Shown here: piece by piece, positions 62,273 through 64,000 of the stretch
How positions within the stretch are numbered: position 1 is the first letter of the stretch
Layout: each line of letters begins with the position of its first letter
Source of the DNA: an uncultured Maritimibacter sp.
GTDB taxonomy: Bacteria > Pseudomonadota > Alphaproteobacteria > Rhodobacterales > Rhodobacteraceae
Assembly (NCBI RefSeq): GCF_937129605.1
Contig: NZ_CAKZNN010000007.1
Reading direction: 5' to 3' (one strand)
Length of the DNA stretch: 64,000 nt
The notes under the pieces: model-generated
Told to the model about the DNA's origin: nothing
Database searches by the model: none
The model's input: the letters and a program-made list of their open reading frames with translations, nothing else
Translations under genes and position numbers: made by a program

Positions 62273-62847
62273 CCCAGACGATCATCACGCTCACGGTAGG
62301 CTATGCCCTCGTCGCCGTCCTCGTCGCGCTCGTCGTGCTTCAGGCGCGGTTTCACTGGCTGATCAAGGGCGGGCTGACGCTGGCGCTCGCGGCGCTTCTG
62401 TTCCTGACCTATCAGGGCGTCGGCAAACTGCGCGGCCTGCCGTCGGATACGAACCCGCCCGAGCGTTTCCGGCTCTACTGGGCGCAGATCGAGGAGCCGG
62501 ACAAGCTCACGGGTGACCCCGGTGCGATCTTTCTGTGGCTGGGCGAGCTTGACGCGGATTACTACCCCGTCGGCCAGCCCCGCGCACACCGCCTGCCCTA
62601 TTCCGACGAACTGGCCGCGCTGGTCCTAGAAGCACAGGCCAAGGTGGCCAAGGGCGAGGATATCGCGGGCGAGGTGTCCGAGGACGAGGCGGAAGAGGAC
62701 CCGGCCGAGACCCTGGCGGAAGAGGCGATGGAGGAGGCCGAACAGGGCAATTCGTCGCGCATTGGCACGCGGGTTCTGAGTTTCGACTTCGGCAATCTGC
62801 GGTTCGACACGACGCCCGCGCCGGTCACGCCGGAAAAGGACAACTAG
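62269..62847 (+). CDS. Hypothetical membrane-anchored protein with an acidic linker
   Basis: Two N-terminal TMs; EVSEDEAEEDPAETLAEEAMEEAE stretch; ATGA overlap with the previous gene. Confidence 0.72.
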   Translation: MTQTIITLTVGYALVAVLVALVVLQARFHWLIKGGLTLALAALLFLTYQGVGKLRGLPSDTNPPERFRLYWAQIEEPDKLTGDPGAIFLWLGELDADYYPVGQPRAHRLPYSDELAALVLEAQAKVAKGEDIAGEVSEDEAEEDPAETLAEEAMEEAEQGNSSRIGTRVLSFDFGNLRFDTTPAPVTPEKDN

Positions 62848-63572
62848 CCGGTGAGGCGGGAGTAAGCGTCCACCAGATCGACGGCCCCGCTCTGGTCGAT
62901 CAGCGCGGCGGGCGATCCGGTGGCGACCACGCGCCCCTTCACCAGCATGATCACGTCATCGGCGCGCTCGACCTCGTCCACCAGATGCGTGGCCCAAAGA
63001 ACCGCGACGGAATTGCCGGCGGCAAGCCGGTGAATGTCCTCGACCAGCGCGCGCCGCGAGGGCGTATCCAGCCCGGCGGACGGTTCATCCATGATGATGA
63101 GGTCCGGATCATTGATAAGCGCGCGCGCGATCTCGACCTTGCGCTGCTGCCCGCCCGACAGATTGCGCACCGGACGCTTGAGCAGATCAGCGAGGCCAAA
63201 TTGCTCGGCCAGCGCCTCGATCCGTTCATCGAGCGCACGTCCGCCCAGCCCAAACAGCCGCCCGTGAAACCGCAGGTTCGCCCGAATCGACATATCGAGG
63301 TCCACGGACCGCGCCTGAAACACGACCCCCATGCGGCGGCGAATGTCGGACCCGGCGTCACGATGGGTCATGCCGAACACCTCGACCGCCCCCGCGTCCG
63401 GCGCAAAAAGCCCCGCGATGATCTGGAAAAGCGTCGACTTGCCCGCACCATTGGGACCGAGCAGCCCCACGAACCGCCCCGGCGCGATCCTGAGCGACAC
63501 GCCGTCAAGCGCCGTGACGGCGCCGTAACGCTTGACCACATCCTGCATTTCCAGCACCGGCGTTTCGGTCAT
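62844..63572 (-). CDS. ABC ATPase of the PQQ-alcohol-dehydrogenase-associated type
   Basis: LLGPNGAGKSTLF, GVVFQ..DLDMS..NLRFHG, RKVEIARAL, VLWATHLVDE. Confidence 0.82.
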   Translation of the reverse strand: MTETPVLEMQDVVKRYGAVTALDGVSLRIAPGRFVGLLGPNGAGKSTLFQIIAGLFAPDAGAVEVFGMTHRDAGSDIRRRMGVVFQARSVDLDMSIRANLRFHGRLFGLGGRALDERIEALAEQFGLADLLKRPVRNLSGGQQRKVEIARALINDPDLIIMDEPSAGLDTPSRRALVEDIHRLAAGNSVAVLWATHLVDEVERADDVIMLVKGRVVATGSPAALIDQSGAVDLVDAYSRLTG

Positions 63573-64000
63573 TCTTCCCCCACCATGCGCTGGGCTTCCT
63601 CGCGCACCCAAGTCTCGTCGCGCAGGTCGCGGGCGACGCCCAGGCGCCGGTCCTCGACGACCTCCACCGGCCGACCATCCAGCACCACGACCCGATCCGC
63701 AAGCCGCGCGGCATCCTCGGGATCATGCGTGACGAGGATCACTGTGGGCCGGTAGGTGCGGATCACCCTTGCGATAAGCCCGGATAAGTCGCGGGCGAGT
63801 TTCCGGTCAATCGAGACGAAAGGCTCGTCGAGGATCAAGAGCCCGGGCTTCACGGCGAGCGCCCGGGCCAGCGCCACCCGGCGCTGCATCCCTCCCGACA
63901 ACTCGCCCGGCAGGGCATCCTCGTAGCCCGCGAGCCCCATCTCGACCAAGAGCTTGCGCGCCCCCGGCGCGTCGATGTTGTCCGAAATGATGGTCAGATT
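63569..64000 (-). CDS. NitT/TauT-type ABC ATPase, 3' part (5' end outside the window)
   Basis: PGELSGGMQRRVALARAL, ILDEPFVSID, VTHDPEDAARLADRVVVL. Confidence 0.85.
   Translation of the reverse strand, partial: NLTIISDNIDAPGARKLLVEMGLAGYEDALPGELSGGMQRRVALARALAVKPGLLILDEPFVSIDRKLARDLSGLIARVIRTYRPTVILVTHDPEDAARLADRVVVLDGRPVEVVEDRRLGVARDLRDETWVREEAQRMVGEE

Noticed and set aside
60339-62847. Zorya anti-phage system (MotA/MotB-like genes plus nuclease)
   Set aside because: The A subunit has no long cytoplasmic tail and the B subunit has no OmpA-like domain. The nuclease-fold protein has a signal peptide and lacks a catalytic Arg. No ZorC/D/E-like gene is present.

Overview
High-GC (about 66%) alphaproteobacterial chromosome segment. 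Gene order and the dnaA-rpsT-ech-mutM-ubiEB block suggest Rhodobacteraceae (inference; no genus assigned). From left to right: the 5' part of dnaA, rpsT, housekeeping genes (mutM, ubiE, ubiB, dapD, dapE, pncA, trhO, gloA, monomeric icd), three Hint-domain (bacterial intein-like) proteins and two tandem Ca/cation antiporters. Next come a complete PhyR-NepR-EcfG general stress locus with several visible EcfG promoters, an ectR-ectABC-ask ectoine cluster, an Opp peptide ABC transporter and a UrtABCDE urea transporter. The last 9 kb (55247-64000, cut by the window edge) is the best candidate for an undescribed system. It holds a LysR regulator, a divergent PQQ dehydrogenase (D-x-D lanthanide-type motif, no vicinal Cys-Cys) and its cytochrome c, an unknown secreted protein and a pentapeptide-repeat protein. 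It also holds a tightly coupled four-gene operon (an acidic thermonuclease-fold protein lacking a catalytic Arg, a MotA/ExbB-like proton-channel subunit, an atypical Asp-bearing partner and a membrane-anchored acidic protein) and two ABC ATPases, one of the PQQ-ADH-associated type. Separately, two GANTC-rich palindromic octamer arrays with the same GATTCTAG-N4-CTAGAATC core lie 26 kb apart, both between convergent genes. No rRNA, tRNA, CRISPR array, transposase or integrase was seen. All calls come from reading motifs by eye; no database searches or folding programs were run.
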